From NCBI GenBank assembly GCA_963700285.1, contig CAVOXA010000022.1:160001-224000 (forward strand): DNA of 64,000 bases, in the 5' to 3' direction. Source of the stretch: an uncultured Chloroflexia bacterium. Lineage in GTDB: Bacteria > Chloroflexota > Anaerolineae > JAAYZQ01. Numbering within the stretch: the stretch's first letter is position 1; every line of letters begins with the position of its first letter. The notes under the pieces are model-generated. The model searched no databases. It was not told where the DNA came from and worked only from the letters and a program-made list of their open reading frames with translations. The position numbers and the translations under genes were made by a program. This document shows positions 42,236 through 52,730 of the stretch, piece by piece.

Positions 42236-42691
42236 AGTTCCACCCTCCATTGCGTGCCGATTCTCGTCCAGGGCCTGGGCGATGGCACCGGCAAGGCCAT
42301 CCGCCGCTTCGCCCGACAGGGCGCGGCGGTCGCGCAGCAACTGCGACAGGCGGCTGGAGGCCTGCGTGTAGAGGCCAAGAAGCTGGACCAGGACCTCGTC
42401 CGGCGGCCAGTTGCGGCCCGCGCTTTGGTCGTGGCCGGCGATGAGGGCGTCCAGGCGCCGCATCTTGTCCGTCAGGCCGGCGATGGCGCCGTCGATGGTC
42501 ACCGCCGTGGGATCCTCCGGGTAGAAGCCTGGCCCGGCGGGGGCTGGTGGCGCCTGTGGCGTGGCCTTGTCGCCGCGACGTCCATCGCCGCGATGGGCGG
42601 CGCAGCGGGGCGGGTCGCTGCCGCGCTCAGCCCAGGCCCGGCAAGGGGGGCCGGAACGGGTGAGGGCCGTGCATTTGCGCTTGTGGGTCAC
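42232..42691 (-). CDS. terminase small subunit-like protein (Cys/His N-terminal motif), probable frameshift near 42262
   Basis: KCTALTRSGPPCRAWA...PRCAAH (HGGxSTG-like); removing one base gives AQALDEIGTQWRVEL* ending at 42232. Confidence 0.5.
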
Positions 42692-42835
42692 GATGCTGTC
42701 TCCAGGCAGGCCAGCGGGATGGCAGATCCCTGAACTCAATCACGCAATCTCGATACACACACAGTTGTTCTACTTATCAGTATACGGGTCGGACGCGAAC
42801 CGGTCAACCTCCCGCAGGTCTCAGGAGAATGTCCC

Positions 42836-42929
42836 TGTCATGCCCGCATGGTTCTAGCGGGCATCCACTCTGCGGCGGTGACGGTTGCCGGTGGCGCGGA
42901 TTCCCGCCAAAAACATGCGGGAATGACAG
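42836..42929. repeat. GTCATxCCCGC...GCGGGAATGAC palindromic element
   Basis: gtcatgcccgcatggttctagcgggcatcca ... ggattcccgccaaaaacatgcgggaatgac inverted pair. Confidence 0.7.
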
Positions 42930-43286
42930 GCCGGCTTGGTGGCATCTCCACTGAGGTTGATACGTTGCCGGAGGTTCTCACGCATGGGCGGAAACGAAGA
43001 AAGTGAGCAGAGAGACTGCCCAGGTCCTCTGCTCACTTTCATCACAAGGAGGAGAAAAAGAATAGTGGGACTACCTGGATAGGGATGGACTGCAAGCTGG
43101 GTGGCAGTAGGGCAGGTCACGGACCTGTCCGGAGCAGGGACCGGGACCGGAGAAAGTCACGGGTCCGGAGGTACAAAGGGCCCGGGGCGTGAGAAGCCAA
43201 ACGGCCCGGAACGGGCGTCCTTGCTCGTTCCGGGCCGAATAGACCGCAGTTTCAGGATGGATGCTGCGCGTCACCTTCTGGTCTGG

Positions 43287-43673
43287 CTACCGCCCAAAGG
43301 CCTTCTGCGTCCCCGGCAGCAAAGAGTAGATCAGGATGATGCCGTTGATGAGGATCGTCGGCGCCAGTCCGGCCAGCGTCGAGTCACCCAGCAGCGAGAT
43401 CAGCGCCAGGCTGAGGTTGAGGATGGACAGGATGACCAGAAACAACCAGGCCGAGGGATCGACCTTCCACAGGCCGCGCACCAGCCAGATCCAGATGGCG
43501 GCCAGCAGGCCCCACATGATGGCGCCGATGAGGTTAAAGGTAAAGAACCGGACCGGGCCGAGCCAGAGGGGCCACAGGTGCAGCATCTGCAGGGTATGGA
43601 TGATGGCCACGATGGCGGCCAGGGCGGCCAATATGGCCAGGACGGTGACGCCGATGGGGCGCTTTTTTTCCAT
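43287..43673 (-). CDS. small four-TM membrane protein
   Basis: RBS aaggag; KRPIGVTVLAIL...GLWK...AW...IYSLLPGTQKAF. Confidence 0.8.
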   Translation of the reverse strand: MEKKRPIGVTVLAILAALAAIVAIIHTLQMLHLWPLWLGPVRFFTFNLIGAIMWGLLAAIWIWLVRGLWKVDPSAWLFLVILSILNLSLALISLLGDSTLAGLAPTILINGIILIYSLLPGTQKAFGR

Positions 43674-43789
43674 GTGGCTTCTCCTTGTGTCTGGCGAGTC
43701 GCCGTGCCAAAGATGGGCCCAGGGCTCGTGACCTGGCCAGGTCTCCTGACCGAGCCCATCTTCTGGCACGCAAAGTACGGCTAGAACCC

Positions 43790-44077
43790 CTAGGCCGGGT
43801 AGTAGGGCACGCTCTGGCGCTTCTGATAGCCGCCCGCATAGCCGGCGATGTCAGCCAGCAGACCCAGACCCAGCCAGATCCAGTCAAAGCCCACGACGCC
43901 GCCTGGGAAGACGATGAGGTACATCAGCAGCGTCCACGGCAGGAAGATGAAGCCCAAAAGGGGCAAGATCCAACCGTTGGTGAAGGCGGCAGTGAAGCGA
44001 GCTGGCTGGAACAACCACCAGACCAGGACGGCCAAGCGCGGGCCAAAGAACATCAGGGCAGCGAGAAAACAACACAT
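43790..44077 (-). CDS. small membrane protein
   Basis: RBS aggagg; MCCF...FGPRLA..VWW...LLGFIFLPWTLLMY...GLLADI. Confidence 0.75.
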   Translation of the reverse strand: MCCFLAALMFFGPRLAVLVWWLFQPARFTAAFTNGWILPLLGFIFLPWTLLMYLIVFPGGVVGFDWIWLGLGLLADIAGYAGGYQKRQSVPYYPA

Positions 44078-44189
44078 AGCAATTCCTCCTTGCAGGAATA
44101 ATTTGGGGGCCAATCGGCCCCAGGCTACGGGCATACCATCTGCCAGCTAGTAACTAGAACACCGGGTCGCGGTGGAAGTTGCGGCAGGG

Positions 44190-47100
44190 TTAGGGCTTTC
44201 TGACCAGCGGCAGATAGAGCCTGTAGGGCCTGTCCACCTCGATCTTTAGGGACAGTCTCTGCTCCGGGATAGGCCCGCGGTTGCCGGCCCGGTCGCGGAC
44301 GTCAAAGGCGATCTGGTAGGCGCCGGGCGCCCAGCCGGCCGTGTCCCAGATCAGGTGGCCCATTGCTGCGGGCATGGATCCCAGGAGGCGCCACGCGCCG
44401 CCCCCGGCGCCTCTGCACGGCCAGCGCGCCCAGCCGAGGCGGCGACATAAACGTCGATCCCCTCGATCCCGCTTCCCCCGCCAGCACCGTCCGTGGCCGT
44501 CACCTCGATGGTCACCGCTGCACCCGGGCGTGGCGCGGGCGAGGGGCTGGCGACGGCGGCCAGGATCTCGGGCGGCCTTCGGTCCAGCAGGACCTGGGTG
44601 CTGGTGATGGTGGTGCCCACACCGCCGAGCAGGAGAGCGGTAGCCCGCAGGTCGACCAGCCCATCCGGCGCCGCCAAAGCGTCCCAGACCAGGCCCCAGC
44701 CGTCAGCGCCGGTCGTATCCGTGCCCAGCAGGGCCCAATCGCCACCCTCCTGGCGCGCTTCAAAGCGCACCTCCTGGACCTGGCTGTACGCATCGGTCAC
44801 GCCGGCCTTGATCTCGACGGCGCGGGCGTCGAGGATGGCCCTGCTGCCGGGGACGAGGGACAGGCCTGGCCGGGACCGGCGTGGCGAGCCGGCCAGTTGC
44901 AGCGCCACGCCGCTGGCCTGGCCCAGGATATCGCCCACGGTGCCGGTCACGACGGCGTTGCTCTCGGCCGTCCAGCCCTCGCCGTAGCGGACCCCGACCG
45001 CGGTATGCTCGATGCTGGCCACGACGGAGAAGGGCAGGATGGCTGCCAGGCCCTGGCCGCGGAAGGCCGGGCCGTCCCCGGTGTCCGCACTGTACCGGAT
45101 CTCGCCCGCCGTGACGTCCACGGCGTTGTGGTGTATCTGGCTGAAGGCGCTGCCGGCCCGGATCTGGACGCCGGCCAGCGCTGGATCGGCGTCCACGATG
45201 CGCAAGACGCCGGGGTCATAGTCGATGAGCAGGTCGACGCCGGCTACGTCCTGGCCCCCGGTGTCCAGATGGACCTCGAGTTCAAAGGTATCGCCAACCT
45301 GGTAGGCGCCCGCTGCCGGGCTCAGGGCCAGGCTCGCGGCCGGCGAGCCTCCGGACAGGCTCTCCCCGCCGTCAGCGGGGGCGGCAGCGGCCGCCTGGCA
45401 GGGTGATGCATCCGTCCACCCCGCGCCACGCCTCCCCCACTGGTCGCCGACCGTGGCCAGGTCCAGGGCGTCTACCAGGCCGTCGCCGTTGACGTCCTGG
45501 CCCGGGTCCGTGCCACCCATGCCCATCCAGGACGTTCCGGTAGTCCATCAGGTTGACCTGGTTGTCGCCGCCGGGCTGGCCGGCCCAGGTCGTGTCCCCG
45601 GCCACGAACTCCCCCAACGCGAGTTGGTTTGTGCCCTGCTGGAACTCGACGGCCGGCAAGACCTGCCGCAGGGCCGTGCTTGGTTTTACATAAACGTCAT
45701 AGACCTCGCCGGCTTGCGCACAACCGGTGAGGTCCAGGCCCGCGATGCCGCCCTGCGCGTCCGTCTCGACCACCTTGCGGCAGGCGCAGGTCAGCTTTCC
45801 GGCCCTGGCGAGCACGATCTCGACGCTGGCCCTGTAGGTCAGGCCGGTGGCCAGGTCCAGGCGGACAGGCTTGGGCTGGCAGGCGCTGGCGTCCGTGTCC
45901 CACGCCAGGCGAACCTGAGCGTCGCCCGTCTCTTCACGCAGCAGCAGGCGCAGGCTGTGGCGGCCGTCGAGGTTGTAGCCCCCGTCTCCGTCGCAGATCT
46001 GCCGCGCTCCCGGACCGTCATGGTGGGCGATTTTGCGCCCGTCCAGCCACAACTGGGCGCCGCCGTTGTGGTCCAGGTAAAAGACGTATTCGCCCTGGTC
46101 AAAATCCAGGGCCGTGCGGAACTCGCCCACCCAGTCGTCGCCGGCCAGATCGCCACAGGGCGCGCCGGCGGCCCAGTCCACCGCCAGGCCGGGCCCGTCT
46201 AGCGTCTCCGAACAGAGGCTCGGGCGGCAGCCGCTGTCCCACCAGCAGGCGTCGCCCGCATCGTAGCGGGCCTTCCACTTCTGGGGGCCCGCCTCCGGGA
46301 TGGGCGCGCAGCCGCTGCCGGCAAACAGTTCAAAGGAGGAGACCTGGTCGTTGAGGAGGACCTGCCCGCCGTCGAAATAGTCGCCTTCGAAAGTCTCTTC
46401 GTCCGAGCTGCGGCAGGCCGAGGCGCCCGCCCGGTCCACGTGCTCGTGAAGCCGCACCGAGGCCCCGGCCGGCAGGTGCAGGGAGGATGCCCGGTCGTTA
46501 AAGCCGGCCGGCACGTTCTGCCAGCCCGGGTCGCTGCGTTGGACGTAGCCCAGGCCCTCGCCCTGGCCGCCGCAATCGTAGCCGGCGTGTTTGTAGAGGA
46601 TAGCGCCGCCCGCTTGCGGGCACTCGGCCGGGCCCGGGCTGTTCTGGGAGACGAGCACCAGTCCTGCCTGGAGTTCTTCCCAGGCAGCTTCGGCAAAGTC
46701 AAAGGTGAGGCGGTTCTGGGGCCAGGCCGCGGCATTGGGATCGTTGGGATCGGGCAGGGTGGGCAGGTCCGAAGAAACCATGTAATGCAGGTGCACGCCC
46801 GTGGCAAAGCCGGTTTCGCCCTCGACGCCGATGGGCTCGCCGCTGGCGATGGCGGCCCCGGCATAGACGCCCTCGGGCACGCTCTGGTAGGCCAGGTGCA
46901 CGTACCACGAGTACTCGTTGGCGGCGTGGCGGATGACGACCATGTTGGCCTGGCGCCAGCAGTCCAGGCTGGCACAGCCGCTGTTGCTCGAGTCTTTGGC
47001 AAAGACGACGGTCCCCCCCTTGGCGGCGGCGACGGTGCCCGCGCCCCAGGCGCTGGAAGCGGTCCACAGGTTAAAATCGACCTGTTTGTCGTGGTTGGTC

Positions 47101-47588
47101 CCATCCCGCCGGACGACCGTACCCTTGTAGCCCTCCAGCCAGGGCACCTTGTAGCCGGTGACCTCTGCCTGGGGGCCGGCCGGGGCTGGGGACGTGCCGA
47201 GGTAGCGCTTGGTCTGCGCGTCGATGAGGGATTCCGGCGCCGCCGCCAGCCAGGCGTCGAAAAGGCGCTCGCCGGGCAGCGCGGCCTGCCAGCTCCCGTC
47301 GGCAGCGCGGCGGGCCAGGATGACCAGGGGCTCCGTGGGCGCCGGCTGGCCGCTGGTACGGCTCGTTGCCCGGGCCGTGGCATAGGCCCAGTCGCCGGCC
47401 TGGACAGTTTCCGCGACCTGCCAGCGCAGATCGGGATCCGGCAGCGTCTCCAGCCGGTTCTGGACAGCGGCCCGGATGGCGTCCGTGCCCTGGGTCGGTG
47501 GCAGCGAGGCTGGGGCGGCAAGCAAGGGCAGCGCGACCGCAATGAGCAACAGCAGAACCACAGATAGGATGGCGAGGGTTCTTTTCAT
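44190..47588 (-). CDS. secreted M23 peptidase with beta/gamma-crystallin-like, PA14-like, dockerin, cohesin and Ig domains; frameshifts at about 45535 and 44385
   Basis: Signal peptide; H...VDF, VAAAKGGTV, YVHL and TGVHLHY; FNDRASSL; DNQVNLMDY and DVNGDGLVDALDL; GDTFELEV...VAGVDLLIDYDP; ends LYLPLVRKP. Confidence 0.8.
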
Positions 47589-47635
47589 GGGACTTCCTGG
47601 TACCGGTAACGCCGGCCTCTGGACGGAGCGGTGGG

Positions 47636-47664
47636 ATTATAGCATGACTGGGCAGGGAGAGCAA
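47636..47664 (-). promoter_or_regulatory. sigma70-type promoter for the M23 gene
   Basis: Minus strand TTGCTC-17bp-TATAAT with extended TG. Confidence 0.65.
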
Positions 47665-47722
47665 GAGAACCGGGGTAGCTGGAAGACGGGCATATGTCCA
47701 TGCTGTAAATCTGACCAGGGCG

Positions 47723-47751
47723 TTGACATCTGGTTACCTCTATGATAAGAT
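47723..47751 (+). promoter_or_regulatory. sigma70-type promoter at the head of the 63-bp REP array
   Basis: TTGACA-17bp-TAAGAT with extended TG; the -10 overlaps the first repeat unit. Confidence 0.65.
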
Positions 47752-48118
47752 AGAGCCCGTTCGTAGTGCGCGATTCATCGCGCTGCTCTTCTGATGGAAC
47801 ACTTGTGAAAAGATAGAGCCCGTTCGTAGTGCGCGATTTATCGCGCTGCTCTTCTGATGGAACACTTGTGAAAAGATAGAGCCCGTTCGTAGTGCGCGAT
47901 TCATCGCGCTGCTCTTCTGATGGAACACTTGTGAAAAGATAGAGCCCGTTCGTAGTGCGCGATTCATCGCGCTGCTCTTCTGATGGAACACTTGTGAAAA
48001 GATAGAGCCCGTTCGTAGTGCGCGATTCATCGCGCTGCTCTTCTGATGGAACACTTGTGAAAAGATAGAGCCCGTTCGTAGTGCGCGATTCATCGCGCTG
48101 CTCTTCTGATGGAACACT
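47747..48118 (+). repeat. 6 x 63-bp tandem array of GTAG-type REP
   Basis: GTAG at 47763, 47826, 47889, 47952, 48015 and 48078, each followed by the hairpin gcgcgat-tc-atcgcgc; one loop SNP in copy 2. Confidence 0.95.
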
Positions 48119-48153
48119 AGTACGCGAAGCGCTGCTCATGGAGGCGACTGACC

Positions 48154-48747
48154 ATGTATGAGTATCGCAGGCTCACCGCAGAACAGCGGGCTGAACTGGT
48201 ACAACAACGTCTAGCTCGGGGGGACCCGCCTCATTCGCCGCCGCACTTGCTATACGATGACACCTACTATCTGCTAACCGCAACCTGCTATGACCATCTT
48301 TTCCATATGCACGATCCCCTCCGTCGCCGGCAGGTCCTGGATGCTCACTTTGAGAAATTCATCACCGCGGGCATGGAGATCCAGGCCTGGGCGGTGCTGC
48401 CGAATCACTATCATCTACTGGTCCACGTCACGAGTTTTGAGGCATTGGGAGATATCTTTCGACTGGTGCATGGTCCCACTGCCCGCGATTGGAATCTTCA
48501 GGACGACGCCCTTGGCCGGAAGGTGTGGTATCGTTTCGCCGATCGCGCGATCCGTTCCGAGCGACACTATTATACGACACTGAACTACATACACTACAAT
48601 CCAGTGAAGCATGGATGGGCCAAGTCGCCGTACGATTGGAAAGAGTCTAGTATTCACTGGTACCTGGTCTACAAAGGGCGCGAATGGCTTCGGGATTCGT
48701 GGGTACGTTATCCGGTTCGAGACTATGGGTTGGGCTGGGATGATTGA
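48154..48747 (+). CDS. rayT: REP-associated tyrosine transposase (RAYT/TnpA-REP, HUH Y1 family)
   Basis: YYLLTAT, WAVLPNHYHLL (HUH), VWYRFADRAIR, YIHYNPVKHG (catalytic Tyr) and DW.ESS; RBS ggagg; flanked by GTAG REPs. Confidence 0.92.
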   Translation: MYEYRRLTAEQRAELVQQRLARGDPPHSPPHLLYDDTYYLLTATCYDHLFHMHDPLRRRQVLDAHFEKFITAGMEIQAWAVLPNHYHLLVHVTSFEALGDIFRLVHGPTARDWNLQDDALGRKVWYRFADRAIRSERHYYTTLNYIHYNPVKHGWAKSPYDWKESSIHWYLVYKGREWLRDSWVRYPVRDYGLGWDD

Positions 48748-48751
48748 GTAC

Positions 48752-51165
48752 TGGGCAGGACCTGTTCGTAGTGCGCGATTCATCGCGCTATCTGAGCGGC
48801 GAGTCGAGGTGCAGGTACAGAAAACGGCGATGAATCGCCGACTACGAACGGATGCGTGCCGGGCAGGACCTGTTCGTAGTGCGCGATTCATCGCGCTGTC
48901 TGAGCGGCGAGTGGGGTGCAGGTACAGAAAACGGCGATGAATCGCCGACTACGAACGGATGCGAGCCGGGCAGGGCCTGTTCGTAGTGCGCGATTCATCG
49001 CCGACTAGAACGGATGCGAGCAGGGCAGGACCTGTTCGTAGTGCGCGATTCATCGCGCTGTCTGAGCGGCGAGTCGAGGTGCAGGTACAGAAAACGGCGA
49101 TGAATCGCCGACTACGAACGGATGCGAGCCGGGCGGAGCCTGTTCGTAGTGCGCGATTCATCGCGCTATCTGAGCGGCGAGTCGAGGTGCAGGTACAGAA
49201 AACGGCGATGAATCGCCGACTACGAACGGATGCGAGCCGGGCGGAGCCTGTTCGTAGTGCGCGATTCATCGCGCTGTCTGAGCGGCGAGTCGAGGTGCAG
49301 GTACAGAAAACGGCGATGAATCGCCGACTACGAACGGATGCGTGCAGGGCAGGACCTGTTCGTAGTGCGCGATTCATCGCGCTATCTGAGCGGCGAGTCG
49401 AGGTGCAGGTATAGAAAACGGCGATGAATCGCCGACTACGAACGGATGCGAGCCGGGCGGGAGCCTGTTCGTAGTGCGCGATTCATCGCGCTATCTGAGC
49501 GGCGAGTCGAGGTGCAGGTACAGAAAACGGCGATGAATCGCCGACTACGAACGGATGCGTGCCGGGCGGAGCCTGTTCGTAGTGCGCGATTCATCGCGCT
49601 GTCTGAGCGGCGAGTCGAGGTGCAGGTACAGAAAACGGCGATGAATCGCCGACTACGAACGGATGCGTGCCGGGCAGGACCTGTTCGTAGTGCGCGATTC
49701 ATCGCGCTGTCTGAGCGGCGAGTCGAGGTGCAGGTACAGAAAACGGCGATAAATCGCCGACTACGAACGGATGCGTGCCGGGGGGAGCCTGTTCGTAGTG
49801 CGCGATTCATCGCGCTATCTGAGCGGCGAGTCGAGGTGCAGGTACAGAAAACGGCGATAAATCGCCGACTACGAACGGATGCGAGCCGGGCAGGACCTGT
49901 TCGTAGTGCGCGATTCATCGCCGACTACGAACGGATGCGAGCAGGGCAGGACCTGTTCGTAGTGCGCGATTCATCGCGCTGTCTGAGCGGCGAGTCGAGG
50001 TGCAGGTACAGAAAACGGCGATGAATCGCCGACTACGAACGGATGCGTGCCGGGCGGAGCCTGTTCGTAGTGCGCGATTCATCGCGCTGTCTGAGCGGCG
50101 AGTCGAGGTGCAGGTACAGAAAACGGCGATGAATCGCCGACTACGAACGGATGCGTGCCGGGCAGGGCCTGTTCGTAGTGCGCGATTCATCGCGCTATCT
50201 GAGCGGCGAGTCGAGGTGCAGGTACAGAAAACGGCGATGAATCGCCGACTACGAACGGATGCGCGCCGGGCAGGACCTGTTCGTAGTGCGCGATTCATCG
50301 CGCTGTCTGAGCGGCGAGTCGAGGTGCAGGTACAGAAAACGGCGATGAATCGCCGACTACGAACGGATGCGTGCCGGGCAGGACCTGTTCGTAGTGCGCG
50401 ATTCATCGCGCTGTCTGAGCGGCGAGTCGAGGTGCAGGTACAGAAAACGGCGATGAATCGCCGACTACGAACGGATGCGTGCCGGGCAGGACCTGTTCGT
50501 AGTGCGCGATTCATCGCGCTGTCTGAGCGGCGAGTCGAGGTGCAGGTACAGAAAACGGCGATGAATCGCCGACTACGAACGGATGCGAGCCGGGCAGGAC
50601 CTGTTCGTAGTGCGCGATTCATCGCGCTGTCTGAGCGGCGAGTCGAGGTGCAGGTACAGAAAACGGCGATAAATCGCCGACTACGAACGGATGCGAGCGG
50701 GCGGAGCCTGTTCGTAGTGCGCGATTCATCGCGCTATCTGAGCGGCGAGTCGAGGTGCAGGTACAGAAAACGGCGATGAATCGCCGACTACGAACGGATG
50801 CGAGCAGGGCAGGACCTGTTCGTAGTGCGCGATTCATCGCGCTGTCTGAGCGGCGAGTCGAGGTGCAGGTACAGAAAACGGCGATGAATCGCCGACTACG
50901 AACGGATGCGAGCAGGGCAGGACCTGTTCGTAGTGCGCGATTCATCGCGCTGTCTGAGCGGCGAGTCGAGGTGCAGGTACAGAAAACGGCGATGAATCGC
51001 CGACTACGAACGGATGCGTGCAGGGCAGGGCCTGTTCGTAGTGCGCGATGAATCGCCGACTACGAACGGATGCGAGCCGGGCGGAGACTGTTCGTAGTGC
51101 GCGATTCATCGCGCTCTGCGGGCGGCGAGGTGAGGGTCGGCTCAGAAAACGGCGCTAAAGCGCCG
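48752..51165. repeat. BIME/REPIN-like array: 20 full ~108-bp REP doublets, 3 short hybrid units and 1 degenerate terminal unit
   Basis: Unit = gttcGTAGtgcgcgattcatcgcgc, fixed spacer, cggcgatgaatcgccgaCTACgaac (inverted second REP variant), then a variable linker. 24 forward GTAG sites from 48768 to 51094. Confidence 0.95.
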
Positions 51166-51196
51166 GCTTTGAACCTTGAGCGGTATAGGAGGAATA

Positions 51197-52400
51197 ATGC
51201 AAGGAGAATGGCGTTTTCATCTCGCCCAACGTGATCTTTGGACGCGGCGCGGTGCGGCGGACGGGCGAGGCGGTCCGCTGGTACGGCGCGGAGCGGGTGC
51301 TGCTGGTGACCGATCCGGCGCTGGTGGCCGCCGGCCTGCACGAGCCGGTGGAGGCATCGCTGCGTGAGGCCGGCGTCGCGGTCGATCGTTGGGAAGGCGG
51401 CCGGGCCAAACCCACGGTTGAGGCAGTGGCCGCTTGCGTGGCGGCCACCCAGGCAGCGGACTATGGGGCGCTGGTGGCCCTGGGCGGCGGCAGCAACATC
51501 GACCTGGCCAAGGCGGCGGCGGTGGTGCTGCGCTATGGCGGCTCGGCCACGGACTATTTCGGCGAGCACCAGGTGCCGGGGCCCATCCTGCCCTTGATAG
51601 CCGTATCCACGACCGCGGGCACGGGCGCCGAGGTCTCGGGCGCCTCGGTGCTGGCCGACCCGGCCAACAACCGGCGGGGCTCGATCCTGAGCAACTTTGT
51701 GCGGCCCCTGGCGGCCATCTATGACCCCCTGCTGACGGTCAGTTGCCCGCCGGTGGTGACGGCCGATGCCGGAATCGATGCCCTGGCCCATGCCGTCGAG
51801 GCGTATATGACCACGGACTACCGCATCGAGACCGGCGCCGAAGGTGTTCCCGGCCTATACCACGGCAGTTTCCCCCTGTCGGACCTGCTGGTGGAGAAGG
51901 CCATCAACCTCATCGGGCGGTATCTGCGCCGGGCCGTCTACCGGGGCGGGGACCTGGAAGCGCGGGAGGGCATGCACCTGGCCAGCCTGCTGGCGGGCAT
52001 GGGCTTTTCCAACGCCGGGCTGACGGCCGTCCACGCGCTAGAGTATCCAGTGGGCGTGGCGACCGGCTGCACCCACGGCGCGGGCAACGGCCTGTTCCTG
52101 CCCTACGTGATGGAGTACAACATTCCCGCCTGTCCCGGGCGCCTGGCCACGGTGGCCCGCCTGCTGGGCGAAAACGTGGAGGGGCTGCCCGATCTGGAGG
52201 CGGCCGAACTGGCCGTCCAGGCCGTGTTGCGGCTGGAGGAAGAGATCGGTCTCAAGACCCACCTGCGCGACCTGGGCGTGGAGAAGGAGGAACTGCGCGC
52301 GATGGCCGAGGCGGCCTCGGGCGTCACGCGCTTGCTGAGCTTGAACCCGCGGCCGCTGGATACCGATTCGCTGGAGGGGATCCTACAGCGGGCGTGGTAG
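51197..52400 (+). CDS. iron-containing alcohol dehydrogenase; probable frameshift near 51230
   Basis: GGGSNID.AK, TTAGTGAE, DALAHAVEAY, HALEY and HGAGN; RBS aggagg plus ATG 51197 is out of frame with VIFGRG. Confidence 0.9.
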
Positions 52401-52476
52401 GCCCGGCTCTGCAGGCGAGAGGCCGCGGCGGCCGAGCATGAGCTGGGGCCGACGCGGCCCGTTCCTGACGGACAAA

Positions 52477-52506
52477 GAAAAGACCTGCCGGAGCAGGTCT
52501 TTTTCC
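52477..52506. terminator. bidirectional intrinsic terminator
   Basis: aaaagacctg-ccggag-caggtctttt between convergent genes. Confidence 0.75.
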
Positions 52507-52730
52507 TGAAAAATGAGTGGCGGCGCCGTGTGCATGCATCATTGCATGCGTGGGGCTTCTCCTCCAGTCGGCTTTGGGATGACAAGATCAAGTTCAGATG
52601 AAGTGGCGTTGATGGTGAAGTCCAGTACCTGGTCCAAGTCAAGTCTCATGAAGGCGCCGCCGGAAAACATAGTACCCTATCCAGGTAAATATGAAGTAAC
52701 AGTTCTGTATAAAATTTGTTAAAATTTCCG

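Noticed and set aside
47585-51051. Repetitive ORFs across the arrays (MNRALRTG..., RAGPVRSARF..., TSVPSEEQRD...)
   Set aside because: Artefacts of 63- and 108-bp periods being multiples of three; no RBS, and the frames are broken by short units.
47747-51165. CRISPR array
   Set aside because: Spacers are identical or near-identical rather than unique, there are no cas genes, and the repeats are GTAG-hairpin REPs beside a RAYT.
52539-52649. 36-codon minus-strand ORF (MRLDLDQVLDFT...)
   Set aside because: No RBS and no recognisable motif. The AT-rich upstream tract is suggestive but insufficient.
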